DNA of 64,000 bases from Spirochaetales bacterium. Lineage in GTDB: Bacteria; Spirochaetota; GWE2-31-10. The DNA lies in the NCBI GenBank assembly GCA_017624275.1, contig JAGANG010000048.1:199-64198 (forward strand), given 5' to 3'. Positions 1 to 10,557 of the stretch are shown in pieces. Below the pieces are notes generated by a model, which saw only the letters and a list, made by a program, of their open reading frames with translations, had not been told where the DNA came from and ran no database searches. The translations under genes were made by a program, and so were the position numbers. Within the stretch, counting starts at the first letter, position 1; the number at the start of each line of letters is the position of its first letter.

Positions 1-282
1 CTTTCTACATCTTTTCTTCGTCGCTGTCAAGAACTTTTTTTAGTTTTTTTAACATCGTTTAAATCACTGCTTTTCATATCTATTTCCAGATTACAGTATT
101 TCTCTTGTAACCCAGAGGCAAAATCGTGATTCAGACGACTTCACGCCTTATACTATACGCATTACATTTTGTCAATTAAAAAATCTTTCATATTTATAAA
201 AAAATGTCATTCAATAAAACAGAAGAATTTATTTTATTATTTATGATATTAATAGAGAAAATTAACTAGATAAAGGCTAAAT

Positions 283-1176
283 ATGTTTTTAAAAAAGAAA
301 ATCTCACTGCTGTTACTCAGTATTTGCATATTAATCGGTTGTACTGATAAAAAAAATCAATCAACTATTACTCTTAATGATTCATATGGAAGAAAAATAA
401 AAATTCCAAGCTTCGCAAAAACACCACGTATTATCTCTATAGCTCCGTCGATGACTGAATTACTTTTTCAACTTGATAACGGAGAATCAATAATCGCACG
501 CAGTGATTACTGTGATTATCCGCAAGAAGCTAAATCTTTACCTTCTGTAGGAAGTCTAATAGATCCTAATCTCGAATATATTTTGTCTTTTAAACCGGAC
601 TTAGTTGTTGCTTCCGATCATTTTACAAAAGAAAGCGTAAATAAGTTAGAACATTTTAATATCCCTGTTTATATAGGAAAACAAGGACAATATATTGAAG
701 ATTTCTATCAAATTATTGCGGATATGGGACAAATCATAGGAAAAAAAGAGCGTTCCCAAATTTTAATAACAAAAATGCAAGATCAAATATCAGAAATAAA
801 ACAACGTGTTCAAAACAATGATAAACCAAAAGTTTATTACATGATTTCATTTGGTGAATCCGGAGATTATACCGCCGGAAAAAACACTTTTATCGCAAAC
901 TTAATCCGCACTGCCGGAGGAATAAATATTTCTGATGACGCTAACGGCTGGAGTTACAATCGAGAAAAATTATTTGCAGGAAATCCCGATTTAATATTGA
1001 TAAGCCGTAATGAAATCGGCAATCAATTAAAAAAAGACGCTATATATTCAAAACTTAAAGCCGTACAAAATAATAATATATATTTTTTGGAATCCGGCAC
1101 TGTAGAACGTCCGTCGTTGCGTAATATAGAAGCTTTATTGGAAATGGAAAAAATCTTCTCTTCATATAGTGAATAA
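283..1176 (+). CDS. ABC-transporter periplasmic substrate-binding lipoprotein, BtuF/FhuD-fold (cobalamin/haem/siderophore type)
   Basis: 297-aa ORF. Signal peptide ends in lipobox LIGC. RIISIAPSMTELLFQL and the overall length are typical of class-8 binding proteins. No cognate permease or ATPase lies in the window. Confidence 0.75.
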   Translation: MFLKKKISLLLLSICILIGCTDKKNQSTITLNDSYGRKIKIPSFAKTPRIISIAPSMTELLFQLDNGESIIARSDYCDYPQEAKSLPSVGSLIDPNLEYILSFKPDLVVASDHFTKESVNKLEHFNIPVYIGKQGQYIEDFYQIIADMGQIIGKKERSQILITKMQDQISEIKQRVQNNDKPKVYYMISFGESGDYTAGKNTFIANLIRTAGGINISDDANGWSYNREKLFAGNPDLILISRNEIGNQLKKDAIYSKLKAVQNNNIYFLESGTVERPSLRNIEALLEMEKIFSSYSE

Positions 1177-1177
1177 A

Positions 1178-3367
1178 TCATTTCTTACATTGGAAATATA
1201 ATTCGCATTCTTCGTCGCCACACAATATTTTTATTGTATAAAAACCGGGCAATAAAGGTAACTTAAAGGAAAAAGGTCTGCTTACCGTAAAAGTTTCTTT
1301 CCCGGTTTCAACATAAAGCAAATCTTTTTTACCGCCGACAACTTCTATCGTTAGATTTTGCACATTTGCCGGAAGAGACGAATCATAATAAAAAACACTT
1401 CCGTTGCGTGGAGTAACAATTTGCAGCGGAATATAATCGCTTTGAATATTACCGATAAATTCTTTTTGATAAAACCAACGACTGAATTCTTCCGGATAAG
1501 ACACGCCGTTTTCATTATGCCATGAGCATTCTTTTGTTTTTTCTTCATTCGGTAAAAACTCAAATTTCGTATCCGGACAATTTTCTGTTGCAATCAAACC
1601 GGATAAAAGACAAATTTTTCTTTTACCATGTAAAACCGGTTGAGGAAATTCAACATTTTCATCACCTTGTAAAATTCTCAAAAGCTCATTCGCTACAGAT
1701 GCCGGCAACGAACTTCCTGTTTTTCCAATCACTGTAGCTCCGTCAAAATTTCCCATCCACACACCTACAGTATAAAGCGGCGTTGCAGCCAATGCAGTTA
1801 TATTTTGAAATTGATTTGCCGTTCCTGTTTTAAAAATTGACGGAAAGGAAGTCTTGAATACTTTACCGCTGCCAAATCCCAAATAGCGAGCATCAGCATC
1901 AGACAAAATATTACAAATCATTCGTGCAGTATCACGTTGAAAAGCAACTTTTTCTTCCGTCTTTAAATTCTTGGAAAAAACAAGAGGTAAAAAAAATCCG
2001 TCACGAGGAAAAACACTGAAAGCTTGCACTAATTCAAACAAACTTACTTCAGCATTACCCAAAGCCAATCCCAAACCGGCATTACTGTTTTCTAAGGAAA
2101 CAAACTGCAAATCATTTTTCAACAGCGAAAGATAATTATCCAACCCCAACTGATTAAGTAAATAAACTGCCGGGATATTCAAACTTGAAGCCAATGCTGT
2201 ACGCAAACGAACCGGTCCGTTATATCGATTATTAAAATTCAGCGGCACATAAAGTTGTTCATTTCCAAATTCCATGGGAACATCCGGCAAAATCGTCGCC
2301 GCCGTAAAACCATTTTCAAGTCCCATTGCATACAAAAAAGGTTTCATACTGGATCCCGGTTGATTCCTTGCTAGAACTCCGTCATTTTGTCCGCCGTGAA
2401 AATCGTCATAAAAATTTGCACTGCCGACCCACGCCAAAATTTCTCCGGTTTTATTATCACAAATCAAGACCGCACCATTTGTAATACGTGAATACGAATT
2501 CTTTTGTATAGTCACAGAAATCAAACTTTCTGCTTTTTTTTGCAACTCTAAAGATGCGGCAACTTTTATTTCTTCGTCAGTATAACAACCGGAACTTTTT
2601 TGAGAAATTAGATAACGAACATAATGAAGCATATTTTCCGGGTAAATGAATTTTCTTGCTTTATACGCAGCGTTTTTTAATGTTTCACCGGATAAATGAG
2701 AAAATTGCATTGCCGCAGCAACACATTTTTCAGGATTTTTCAAAGGATTGTACAATATCGGTTTACGTGGAATTACCGCAAGACAACAAAGCTCGGCCTC
2801 GGATAATTGGGACAACTCTTTGCCGAAAAAAAATCTTGCCGCACTTCCTACGCCTTCCGTATTAAAACCAAACGGTAAATGATTCAAATAAAGTTCCAAT
2901 ATTTCATCTTTTGTCAGGCGAGCTTCCAAACGCAATGAATCAATCATTTCCAAACATTTTGCTGCAATATTTCGCCGGGGCAAAGGTTTTATCATCCGTG
3001 CCAATTGCATTGTAATTGTAGAAGCACCGCTTACAATTCTGTCGTTCTTAAAATTTTGAAATACTGCTCGACACAAGGAAAAAAAATCAATTCCGAAATG
3101 TCGATAAAATTTCTTATCTTCTGCCAATAAGAAAATTTTACCGACATTTGCCGGCATTTCATCCAAAGCTATAAATTCTCGATGTAATCCGTTTTCAAGG
3201 CTCAAAATCTGAATCAATTCACCGTTACAATCATAAATTCGTGTACTTTTTGGTAAATTGCAAAATGCTTCAAGTTGCGGATAAGGAGAAAAACAAATAA
3301 AAATTCGAGATGCGACTATGATAAAAATCACAATCGCCAATCCCGAAATAATTTTTACACGCTTCAT
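1178..3367 (-). CDS. pbpC: Penicillin-binding protein 1C (bifunctional glycosyltransferase/transpeptidase)
   Basis: 729-aa ORF with an N-terminal membrane anchor. GT51 motifs EDKKFYRHFG and GASTITMQLAR. Transpeptidase motifs SSMKP (SxxK), SLN (SxN) and KTGT. Long C-terminal PBP1C-type extension. Its ATG abuts the stop codon of the upstream alpha-2-macroglobulin gene. Confidence 0.9.
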   Translation of the reverse strand: MKRVKIISGLAIVIFIIVASRIFICFSPYPQLEAFCNLPKSTRIYDCNGELIQILSLENGLHREFIALDEMPANVGKIFLLAEDKKFYRHFGIDFFSLCRAVFQNFKNDRIVSGASTITMQLARMIKPLPRRNIAAKCLEMIDSLRLEARLTKDEILELYLNHLPFGFNTEGVGSAARFFFGKELSQLSEAELCCLAVIPRKPILYNPLKNPEKCVAAAMQFSHLSGETLKNAAYKARKFIYPENMLHYVRYLISQKSSGCYTDEEIKVAASLELQKKAESLISVTIQKNSYSRITNGAVLICDNKTGEILAWVGSANFYDDFHGGQNDGVLARNQPGSSMKPFLYAMGLENGFTAATILPDVPMEFGNEQLYVPLNFNNRYNGPVRLRTALASSLNIPAVYLLNQLGLDNYLSLLKNDLQFVSLENSNAGLGLALGNAEVSLFELVQAFSVFPRDGFFLPLVFSKNLKTEEKVAFQRDTARMICNILSDADARYLGFGSGKVFKTSFPSIFKTGTANQFQNITALAATPLYTVGVWMGNFDGATVIGKTGSSLPASVANELLRILQGDENVEFPQPVLHGKRKICLLSGLIATENCPDTKFEFLPNEEKTKECSWHNENGVSYPEEFSRWFYQKEFIGNIQSDYIPLQIVTPRNGSVFYYDSSLPANVQNLTIEVVGGKKDLLYVETGKETFTVSRPFSFKLPLLPGFYTIKILCGDEECELYFQCKK

Positions 3368-6300
3368 TTATTTAATCGTAAAGATTCCGCCGTTTGCACG
3401 CCCGAAAACTTCCGATTCATACATGCATTCTGCATTAACCGGAGGTGTCGGAAAAACTCCCCGTCGCACTGTTCTGAATCTCAATGAAACTACCGAACGC
3501 CCTTTTACAAAATCATCCCAGAAAATATGAGCTTCGTTATCATAAAGTTCTTTTCTTGTCACAAAACGGAATTCTTCATTATTACCGAACGTTGTATCTA
3601 CATCCACAATTTCTGCTCCCGACGGAATAGGCAATCGTAACGCCAAGTAATTTCTGTCAAACGTGGACATTACATTTACTTCCATGCGATAAACTTTATC
3701 AGTTTCCAATTCCGTCACAAACTCATTATCAGTAATTTCTGCTCCGGTAGCATCATCATAAACATTAACATTTATTCCGATTCCTTCATCTCTGGATGAC
3801 TGCATTTCTTCAGGCAATGCATAAGTCAAACTTGCAGAATAAAGTAATGAACCTTTCCCGTTTTTTATAATTTCCAAAGGAAGCTGCTTATCTTTCGCAT
3901 AAGATTTCAATTTTTCTTTATCCATTACAACATTAACAATATCAGCATTGTCTGCATCAAATTTTCCGGCAGCAATTTTTTTACTGTCAAATAGAACTTC
4001 TGCTGATAACTTTTTATTTTCAAGATTATAAATTTTAATAACTTTAGCCACCGCATTCAACACTATCGAAGTAGTAGACAAATCTTTCCAATAGCCGCAT
4101 TTTTGATTTTCAAGTAATGTAAACAACATTTTACCTATCATTTCATCAGATGAATTTACTTTAACAAGCAATTCCAAAGTTCTGGACAATCGACACAATT
4201 TATCAAAACCGGCAATAATTCTTTCATACGGAGAAACAACGTCATTTTCAAATACCGAAATATCTACGCCTCTGGCTGTAGGACGAATATAAGTTTTAAT
4301 ACGTTCCGCACATTTTGCCGCCAGCTGAGCGTCTGAAGTTGTGAGTCCTATAAGTGATAACGCCGTAACAGAAATATCTTCCTTTGAATAAAGTTTATTT
4401 AGAAAATCCTCGTCGGCATTCACTCCCAAGCAAGAAATAACATGACAAATTTCCAGCTTTTCTTCGTCACAAACATCTTTTATTTCTGCCGATTTATTTT
4501 GCAAATACTCAACAAGCATTTTTTTATTAATCGCTAAATCACTTTCCGAATAACCGGCTTCCGACGCCATTGCCCACAACGCACCTATTCGCATTGAAAC
4601 AAAAACATGGGAATCTCGTGATTCTTCCCAATACCCGAAACCTCCGTCGGAATGTTGAAGTTTTGCAAGCTTTTTGAAAAATGCCTTCACCGTTTTTGAC
4701 ACATTGTCAATTTTTTTATCAGAATCAAAATCATTTACTTTGTCACCAAAAAGAACCAACGGCATAATTTTTACACTCTGCTGTTCCAAGCAATCAAACG
4801 GATAATCGGAAATGTATTGCAAAACATCTTTCAAAAGTCCCATTCCTGTCGTACCAAAGGCAACAGACAATCGACTGTCACCATCATCGGCAAAACTCGG
4901 AATTACAACTGCTTCCGTTATGCTTTTTTCTTCATCATTCAGAATTCCTACAGAAGTAACAGTTTCACGAATATATGGCTTTTCTATAATTACCGGACAA
5001 ACTATTCGCTCGTTAATAATATCCGAATGTATTGTAAATACAGCGTCGACAACTCCGGCACGAACAGCTGCCACATCAAAATATACTACCGTATTTGCAC
5101 CAGACGGAACCGTAACCTTATGTTCTTTAATATCTGCATCCACAAAAGCTTCCCCGGCACGCAATGTTTCGCCGGCTTCATTTTTATGAGATTCCGCCCC
5201 TCTCATTTCCAATGCCACTGTAATATCATGAGATACCGAATCAAGATTTGAAATTAATACACCAAGTTCGCTTGTGTCACGTTCTCGCATTCTTCGAGGC
5301 AACACTTCTTGAATATTAACAGGATTTTGTACCGCAATCTCACTTTCTTGAAATGCCAGAAATTCTCCGGCAGCCCCTAACGCAGTAACTCTGTAAGTTG
5401 TCAAAGTATCCGGCAATTTAAATCGACATGTAACTTTTCCGTTTTCATCAGTTTTTAATACAGGTAAAAATACTGCCGTAGGATTAAAATTACGTCGTTC
5501 TTCAATACCGTCTGCCGCACTTTCCATTTTACCGTAATTTGCATCGCCGCCACGCAAAGTTTTTGCTTCATACGTTACCGGATCAAGCAACAAAGAACGA
5601 GAATCGCCGCCTTTTACAAGTAAAGGGAAATTATGATTGGCATAGAAGAAATCAAGCGGATTAGGGACATGATAATTAATCAAATCCAATACACCTCTGT
5701 CGGCAGCCACAAGAGAAAGTTCTGCATTTGCCAACGGTTTTCCGTTCTTTGTAGCTGTCAATGTAATCTCAGCCTCTTCTCCGGGGCGATAAATCGGTTT
5801 TATGCTGTCTACTTTTACGCTAAAAGCTTTTACACGAGGATTTACAAATAATCTTATCGCACCGTAAAAACTTTTCGGCTTATCCAAATCTATTTTCCCG
5901 TACTCGGTTGATGGAGCCCCGTTACGCACTGAATACGATGCCACCGAAACATAAACTACAGGTACATAATTTCGTGCAATAGGAATTTCCAGTACTTGCA
6001 TACTTCTGTCAAAATAACGAACTTCCTCTGTAAAAATACCTTCTCGTTCTACGGTAATAAGATAATGTCCTGCCGGCAACGTACTTTCCAATAAAACTTG
6101 TGCAGTTTCTCCGGGATTGTAAACATCTTTATCCGCAGTCAAACGCAATGATGTCGTATTATCTTGATTCCAAAAAACACGCTCTGTTCCGGTTACAAAG
6201 AAACCTTTTTCGGAAACGGTCTCTCTTCCGGCAAAATCTTTTGCTGTTACCCGCAAGATATAATAACCGGCTTCTTTCGGTGTAACAGAAATCTTTCCTT

Positions 6301-9300
6301 TAGAATTAACCGAAATCTTTTGTTCATTCTGCTGTACAAGATTTTTTTCATAGCGGCTGTAAACATGACCGCCGATTCCCTGCTGTTGTACAATATTCCA
6401 TTCTTCCTTGAATAAAGTCGCAGTCATTGATTTGTTTTTACCTATATGCTGTCCTATTTTGTCACGTTCAATCAAATCTTCTTCAGGACTTACCAACAAA
6501 TATTCAAAAGACAATTTCTGTCCGGATTTAGGAAATCTCGAAATTCCCAATGGTTTAGAAATACCCACATAATATGATGCCGGATGAACCATTATTGATG
6601 ACCATGACGAAATTTTTTGATTACTTACATCTGTAACCATAGTGCTTGTATTGTAATTATAAGAAATTCCTTTTGTCTTATTGCCGGTTGTAGCACAAGA
6701 AAAACGTACTTTTCCCTCATTATCGAGAGTTCCTTCATCAGCCGCAACTTCCGAACTTCCTTCCCCGAAAGATTCCATTCCGAACGAATAATCTTTAAAT
6801 TGAACTTTCTTCGATGTAAAGTTGCAAGGTTCTCGATACCAACTGCTTTGAAATTTCGCATTTGCGGGAACTCCCCCGGCAAGATACGATGCCGAAAGTT
6901 GAGCTTCTATTTTTTCTCCGGCTATAATTGCTTTTTTAGGTAAAGTCACAACCGATTGAAATTTTGCTCGTTCAAAATATGAAACCGTAAAATAAAGAGA
7001 CTCTTCTGTTTTATTATCAGAACGTTTATACAACAAGCTATAAGTCCCCGGTTTGGCATCTTCCGGAATAACAAAACTTCCGTAGAACCCTCCGGATTCA
7101 CTTGTTTTATCAGTTTTTGACTCGTAAGTTATCGGATTTCTCCAATCATTATTTTTTAATACAATCGAATATTCTCCGGAATAAGGAGTAAAATTGCCGA
7201 GTTTTTGATCTCTGTCGATTCCTCTGAATGACAAAGTTTCTCCCGGTTTGTAAATACCTCGATCGGTAAACATAAAAATTCTCGGCTTACTTTGTAATGC
7301 AAATCCGACTGAATCGGAATTGTAAATTCCTACTCGCCAAGGATAATGACTTTCCGGCTTAAAAGTTGCAAAATCACCGTCTTTTTCTGCAGCAATTGCA
7401 AAATTATCTTCGTATCCTACAAAAAGCTTACTGGCATTTTCTGCCGTTATAGGAATTACCGCAAATCCATCCGCAGAAGTTTTTGCACATTCCAAGTATT
7501 TTCCGTCAGCACAGTCTGCCATACTGTTTTCTTTAACATTGTAAATGTAGACATTTGCATTTTCCACCGGCTTGCCTGTAGAAAGTTCCGTTACCAAAAC
7601 AATCGCTTTGTTTATTCCGTAACGCACGGTAATCCCCAAATCTGTCACCTGAATAGTAGAGTAATCTTCATGAGTAAAAAAACCTTCTTTTCGCCATGTT
7701 GAAGCAGTACGCACTGATGTATCTATACGCACTGCCCCCATTCCGTTTGTAAGATACGGAGCCAAATCTACAATTTCAAGCTTTCTCTCATTCCGAGGTA
7801 AAATTGACAACTCTTTATAACCGGACAAAGTTTTCACATCCAAATCTTTTATTTCACCTAAAAGCGGATTATCTGTTTTTCTTATGCTGTATCCGGAATC
7901 AGCTAAAATATTTTGATATTCAAAAACAACTTTTGCTGGGCAATCGGGACGTTTTTCCAACATCTTCGCACCGTACATTCCGAATTTAAATTCACTACGA
8001 GCTTCCGGTACCGTCACTTCGGCAACAGCTTCTTTTTCCAAACGTTGCCCGTAAATATCACAAAGTTGCGGAGAAACATTAATAAAATATTTATCCTTAT
8101 AATTTACCGGGAGTCCGAAAATAATAACTTCATTTTCTGATAATTTTATATTTTCCAAACCTACATTATTTTTCTGACCGTTTGCCAAAGTATAACTGAA
8201 AGCATTTTCCAAAGATTTTGAATCTACCGGATGAGAAAAGCAAATATGTACCGGAAATCGTTCTTTATCCGATGATTCCCCCTCATAAACATAAGTGTAT
8301 TTAAAATTTTGCAATGTAGAATAAGAAACTTCTGTCTTTTTATCACCGTTTCCTACTGCTATTTTAATTTTTGTCTGCGGTGACAGTTCATCTGTTATAT
8401 GATAAGCAATTACGTCAGCTTTTTCTTGCGTCGTTACAAAATTCAGTTTTTTATCTTTGGCCGTAATTGTTGATAATTTCGCTGCTTCTTGTGCATCAAT
8501 GTCATAATTGAATTGTACCAAAACGTCTTTTGCTGCTTCTAGCGGCACATCGTTATTATCAAAACGAACATGATTTTTTTCAGCATATTTCAATCCGGCT
8601 GCAAACCACACTATTTTCAATGCCGCCGCCGCAGTCGTAAAAGTAGTATCTCCTTCAATCGGTTTATCATAAAGAGATTTGATTTGTTTATTTACGGTAA
8701 TTGTATAAAATCCTTGCGGTTCACACGGTTGTGCTGCATCAAAACAAAGCAAAGAAGTTCCCTTCCAGCGAAAAACGCCTTCTATTTGCGGCGTAATACT
8801 GACATACTTTGAAGTTTTTTCAGGTTGATTCAAAGCTTCCAGTGCTACTACAGGTTCTGAAAAAAGCACATAAAACGACGGATTGCGAACTTCCGACGGA
8901 ATAGAACCTTTAGGGCCCCAATCGCAAACAGTAAACGGAGCCGCCGCTTGTTTTTTAGATAATTTAATCTGAGTGTTTTCTGCTCTGTCGGACTTTTCTG
9001 ATTTTTTCCCGGTTTTATAATTTGTTTTGTACATATTCAATTTTCGCAATCCGGGAATTATTGAAGTAACTTTTTCTGAAGATGAAATATTTTTTAGATT
9101 CACACGGTATGCTTCAATTTGTTTTTCCGGTTCACACGGCGTGTAATCCGGTATAAAAAAATCCTGAGAGGAAATAAAATTATTTTCAAATTCCGTATTA
9201 ATATTTTTTGCATCACTACTTATTTGCGACGGCACTGATTTGCTTACATCTTTAGCAGAATCTTTTTTATTACACGAAATCATACCTACACAAATTAACA

Positions 9301-9337
9301 ACACAATCGTAATTTTTGCCATTATTCTCTTATTCAT
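3368..9337 (-). CDS. Alpha-2-macroglobulin family lipoprotein with an intact thioester motif
   Basis: The ORF runs to 9379. I place the start at ATG 9337, where GGAGG lies 6 nt upstream (MNKRIMAKITIVLLICVGMISC, lipobox MISC). Thioester CLEQ is encoded at 4781-4792 within YPFDCLEQQ. The size (about 1990 aa) and pairing with pbpC fit the ECAM/YfhM class. Confidence 0.88.
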   Translation of the reverse strand: MNKRIMAKITIVLLICVGMISCNKKDSAKDVSKSVPSQISSDAKNINTEFENNFISSQDFFIPDYTPCEPEKQIEAYRVNLKNISSSEKVTSIIPGLRKLNMYKTNYKTGKKSEKSDRAENTQIKLSKKQAAAPFTVCDWGPKGSIPSEVRNPSFYVLFSEPVVALEALNQPEKTSKYVSITPQIEGVFRWKGTSLLCFDAAQPCEPQGFYTITVNKQIKSLYDKPIEGDTTFTTAAAALKIVWFAAGLKYAEKNHVRFDNNDVPLEAAKDVLVQFNYDIDAQEAAKLSTITAKDKKLNFVTTQEKADVIAYHITDELSPQTKIKIAVGNGDKKTEVSYSTLQNFKYTYVYEGESSDKERFPVHICFSHPVDSKSLENAFSYTLANGQKNNVGLENIKLSENEVIIFGLPVNYKDKYFINVSPQLCDIYGQRLEKEAVAEVTVPEARSEFKFGMYGAKMLEKRPDCPAKVVFEYQNILADSGYSIRKTDNPLLGEIKDLDVKTLSGYKELSILPRNERKLEIVDLAPYLTNGMGAVRIDTSVRTASTWRKEGFFTHEDYSTIQVTDLGITVRYGINKAIVLVTELSTGKPVENANVYIYNVKENSMADCADGKYLECAKTSADGFAVIPITAENASKLFVGYEDNFAIAAEKDGDFATFKPESHYPWRVGIYNSDSVGFALQSKPRIFMFTDRGIYKPGETLSFRGIDRDQKLGNFTPYSGEYSIVLKNNDWRNPITYESKTDKTSESGGFYGSFVIPEDAKPGTYSLLYKRSDNKTEESLYFTVSYFERAKFQSVVTLPKKAIIAGEKIEAQLSASYLAGGVPANAKFQSSWYREPCNFTSKKVQFKDYSFGMESFGEGSSEVAADEGTLDNEGKVRFSCATTGNKTKGISYNYNTSTMVTDVSNQKISSWSSIMVHPASYYVGISKPLGISRFPKSGQKLSFEYLLVSPEEDLIERDKIGQHIGKNKSMTATLFKEEWNIVQQQGIGGHVYSRYEKNLVQQNEQKISVNSKGKISVTPKEAGYYILRVTAKDFAGRETVSEKGFFVTGTERVFWNQDNTTSLRLTADKDVYNPGETAQVLLESTLPAGHYLITVEREGIFTEEVRYFDRSMQVLEIPIARNYVPVVYVSVASYSVRNGAPSTEYGKIDLDKPKSFYGAIRLFVNPRVKAFSVKVDSIKPIYRPGEEAEITLTATKNGKPLANAELSLVAADRGVLDLINYHVPNPLDFFYANHNFPLLVKGGDSRSLLLDPVTYEAKTLRGGDANYGKMESAADGIEERRNFNPTAVFLPVLKTDENGKVTCRFKLPDTLTTYRVTALGAAGEFLAFQESEIAVQNPVNIQEVLPRRMRERDTSELGVLISNLDSVSHDITVALEMRGAESHKNEAGETLRAGEAFVDADIKEHKVTVPSGANTVVYFDVAAVRAGVVDAVFTIHSDIINERIVCPVIIEKPYIRETVTSVGILNDEEKSITEAVVIPSFADDGDSRLSVAFGTTGMGLLKDVLQYISDYPFDCLEQQSVKIMPLVLFGDKVNDFDSDKKIDNVSKTVKAFFKKLAKLQHSDGGFGYWEESRDSHVFVSMRIGALWAMASEAGYSESDLAINKKMLVEYLQNKSAEIKDVCDEEKLEICHVISCLGVNADEDFLNKLYSKEDISVTALSLIGLTTSDAQLAAKCAERIKTYIRPTARGVDISVFENDVVSPYERIIAGFDKLCRLSRTLELLVKVNSSDEMIGKMLFTLLENQKCGYWKDLSTTSIVLNAVAKVIKIYNLENKKLSAEVLFDSKKIAAGKFDADNADIVNVVMDKEKLKSYAKDKQLPLEIIKNGKGSLLYSASLTYALPEEMQSSRDEGIGINVNVYDDATGAEITDNEFVTELETDKVYRMEVNVMSTFDRNYLALRLPIPSGAEIVDVDTTFGNNEEFRFVTRKELYDNEAHIFWDDFVKGRSVVSLRFRTVRRGVFPTPPVNAECMYESEVFGRANGGIFTIK

Positions 9338-9357
9338 TTGTGTCCTCCTACAAAAAA

Positions 9358-10485
9358 TTATACTTCCAAATCTTCCCACAAAAGTCCCGCTCCGGCAGTT
9401 ACATCTACTGCCAATTTTCTTCCCGGAATTTCTTTAAAATATTCCGGTGAAATCCCCGGCGTAAGAACTTTTTCAGTTCGTAATACAGCAATATCTTTAG
9501 CTCGTAATTTTGTTCCGGCTTTTAATGATTTTAAATAATGAATTGAACGATTCGTTCTGTTGTAATTTGCCTTTTCCGAAGCTGCTAATTTTTTTTGACC
9601 GTCACCTAATATCGCATTCACTTTTTCTGTACCGAATTCTTTCATTAGATAAGATAAACGTTCTTCTTCCGCAAGTAAATCCACAGAATGAACTATTTTT
9701 ACCATTTGTGCAAATTGTTTCGGATTAAGTGCTACCGGATCGTCAAGTCCGTCAGTTTCCCGGCTCAACGTAATGTGTTTTTCTATAATCTTTCCCCCAG
9801 CTGCAACCGTAATCGCCGGTACAAGTTCCGGATCCAAAGAATGATCGCTTACACCTACTGATATAGAAAAACGTTCCTTTAAGAATTTCAGAACAGCTAA
9901 ATTGTAATCTGTTTCCGGAGCCGGGTAACTTGTCACGCAATGCAATAGTGAAACTAAGGGCAATTCTTTATCTGCACACGCTGCGTATAATAACGGATTT
10001 AAGAACTTTAAAGTTTTATCGATATCTTCTAACTTTGATACTCCGGACGATAAAATTACCGGTATTTGTGCATTCTCATAATATGTGTTTTGCAATCGCA
10101 AAAGTTCTTCTAACATCGGAAAATGATTTAATTCCGGTGATGCAATTTTTATGGCATCCGGACGTAGCTTCCACAATTCTCGCAAACTGCGAATCCCAAA
10201 CGGCGAACAAGCAAATGCAACGCCTTTACTGCGTGCATACCGACAAACCTTTTTAAAAAATGAAGCGGGAACTTCCAGTGCCAAAAATCTATCATACAAT
10301 CGAATAGATCCTCCCGGTAAATTCACCATCCCTGTATCCGGATGAAGAATTTCATCAGCATAAACCCATTGAAATTTTACACAATCAGCACCGGCAAAAA
10401 CTGCGGCATCTATAAGTTGATATGCTTTTTCAAGTGAACCTCCGTGAGAAGTTCCTATTTCAGCAATAATATATGTTCTGTCCAT
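9358..10485 (-). CDS. NeuB-family nonulosonic/sialic-acid synthase-like protein with C-terminal SAF domain
   Basis: N-terminus MDRTYIIAEIGTSHGGSLEKAYQLIDAAVFAGADCVKFQ matches the NeuB/SpsE signature. A C-terminal SAF-like segment is present. Start chosen at ATG 10485 (GGGAGG 7 nt upstream) rather than ORF start 10500. Confidence 0.75.
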   Translation of the reverse strand: MDRTYIIAEIGTSHGGSLEKAYQLIDAAVFAGADCVKFQWVYADEILHPDTGMVNLPGGSIRLYDRFLALEVPASFFKKVCRYARSKGVAFACSPFGIRSLRELWKLRPDAIKIASPELNHFPMLEELLRLQNTYYENAQIPVILSSGVSKLEDIDKTLKFLNPLLYAACADKELPLVSLLHCVTSYPAPETDYNLAVLKFLKERFSISVGVSDHSLDPELVPAITVAAGGKIIEKHITLSRETDGLDDPVALNPKQFAQMVKIVHSVDLLAEEERLSYLMKEFGTEKVNAILGDGQKKLAASEKANYNRTNRSIHYLKSLKAGTKLRAKDIAVLRTEKVLTPGISPEYFKEIPGRKLAVDVTAGAGLLWEDLEV

Positions 10486-10557
10486 AATTTTTCCTCCCAC
10501 ATTTATAAAAAAAGCGGAATATTACTTCATTTAAATAGATGACGCAAATCAATAATG

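Noticed and set aside
1-282. Possible cobalamin riboswitch or upstream gene fragment ahead of the BtuF-like binding-protein gene.
   Set aside because: I found no B12-box (GCCACTG-like) or conserved riboswitch core. The only minus-strand ORF stops after 16 codons. The region is simply AT-rich promoter DNA, and I could not pick a confident promoter.
3368-9379. Many 60-145-aa ORFs antisense to, or out of frame with, the A2M gene (e.g. 4812-5189, 4817-5251, 6617-6943, 7346-7702), and the extended A2M start at 9379.
   Set aside because: These are shadow ORFs typical of AT-rich coding DNA, with no RBS and nonsensical composition. The 9379 start would add a non-signal N-terminus and overlap the neuB-like stop, whereas ATG 9337 has GGAGG upstream and yields a lipoprotein signal peptide.
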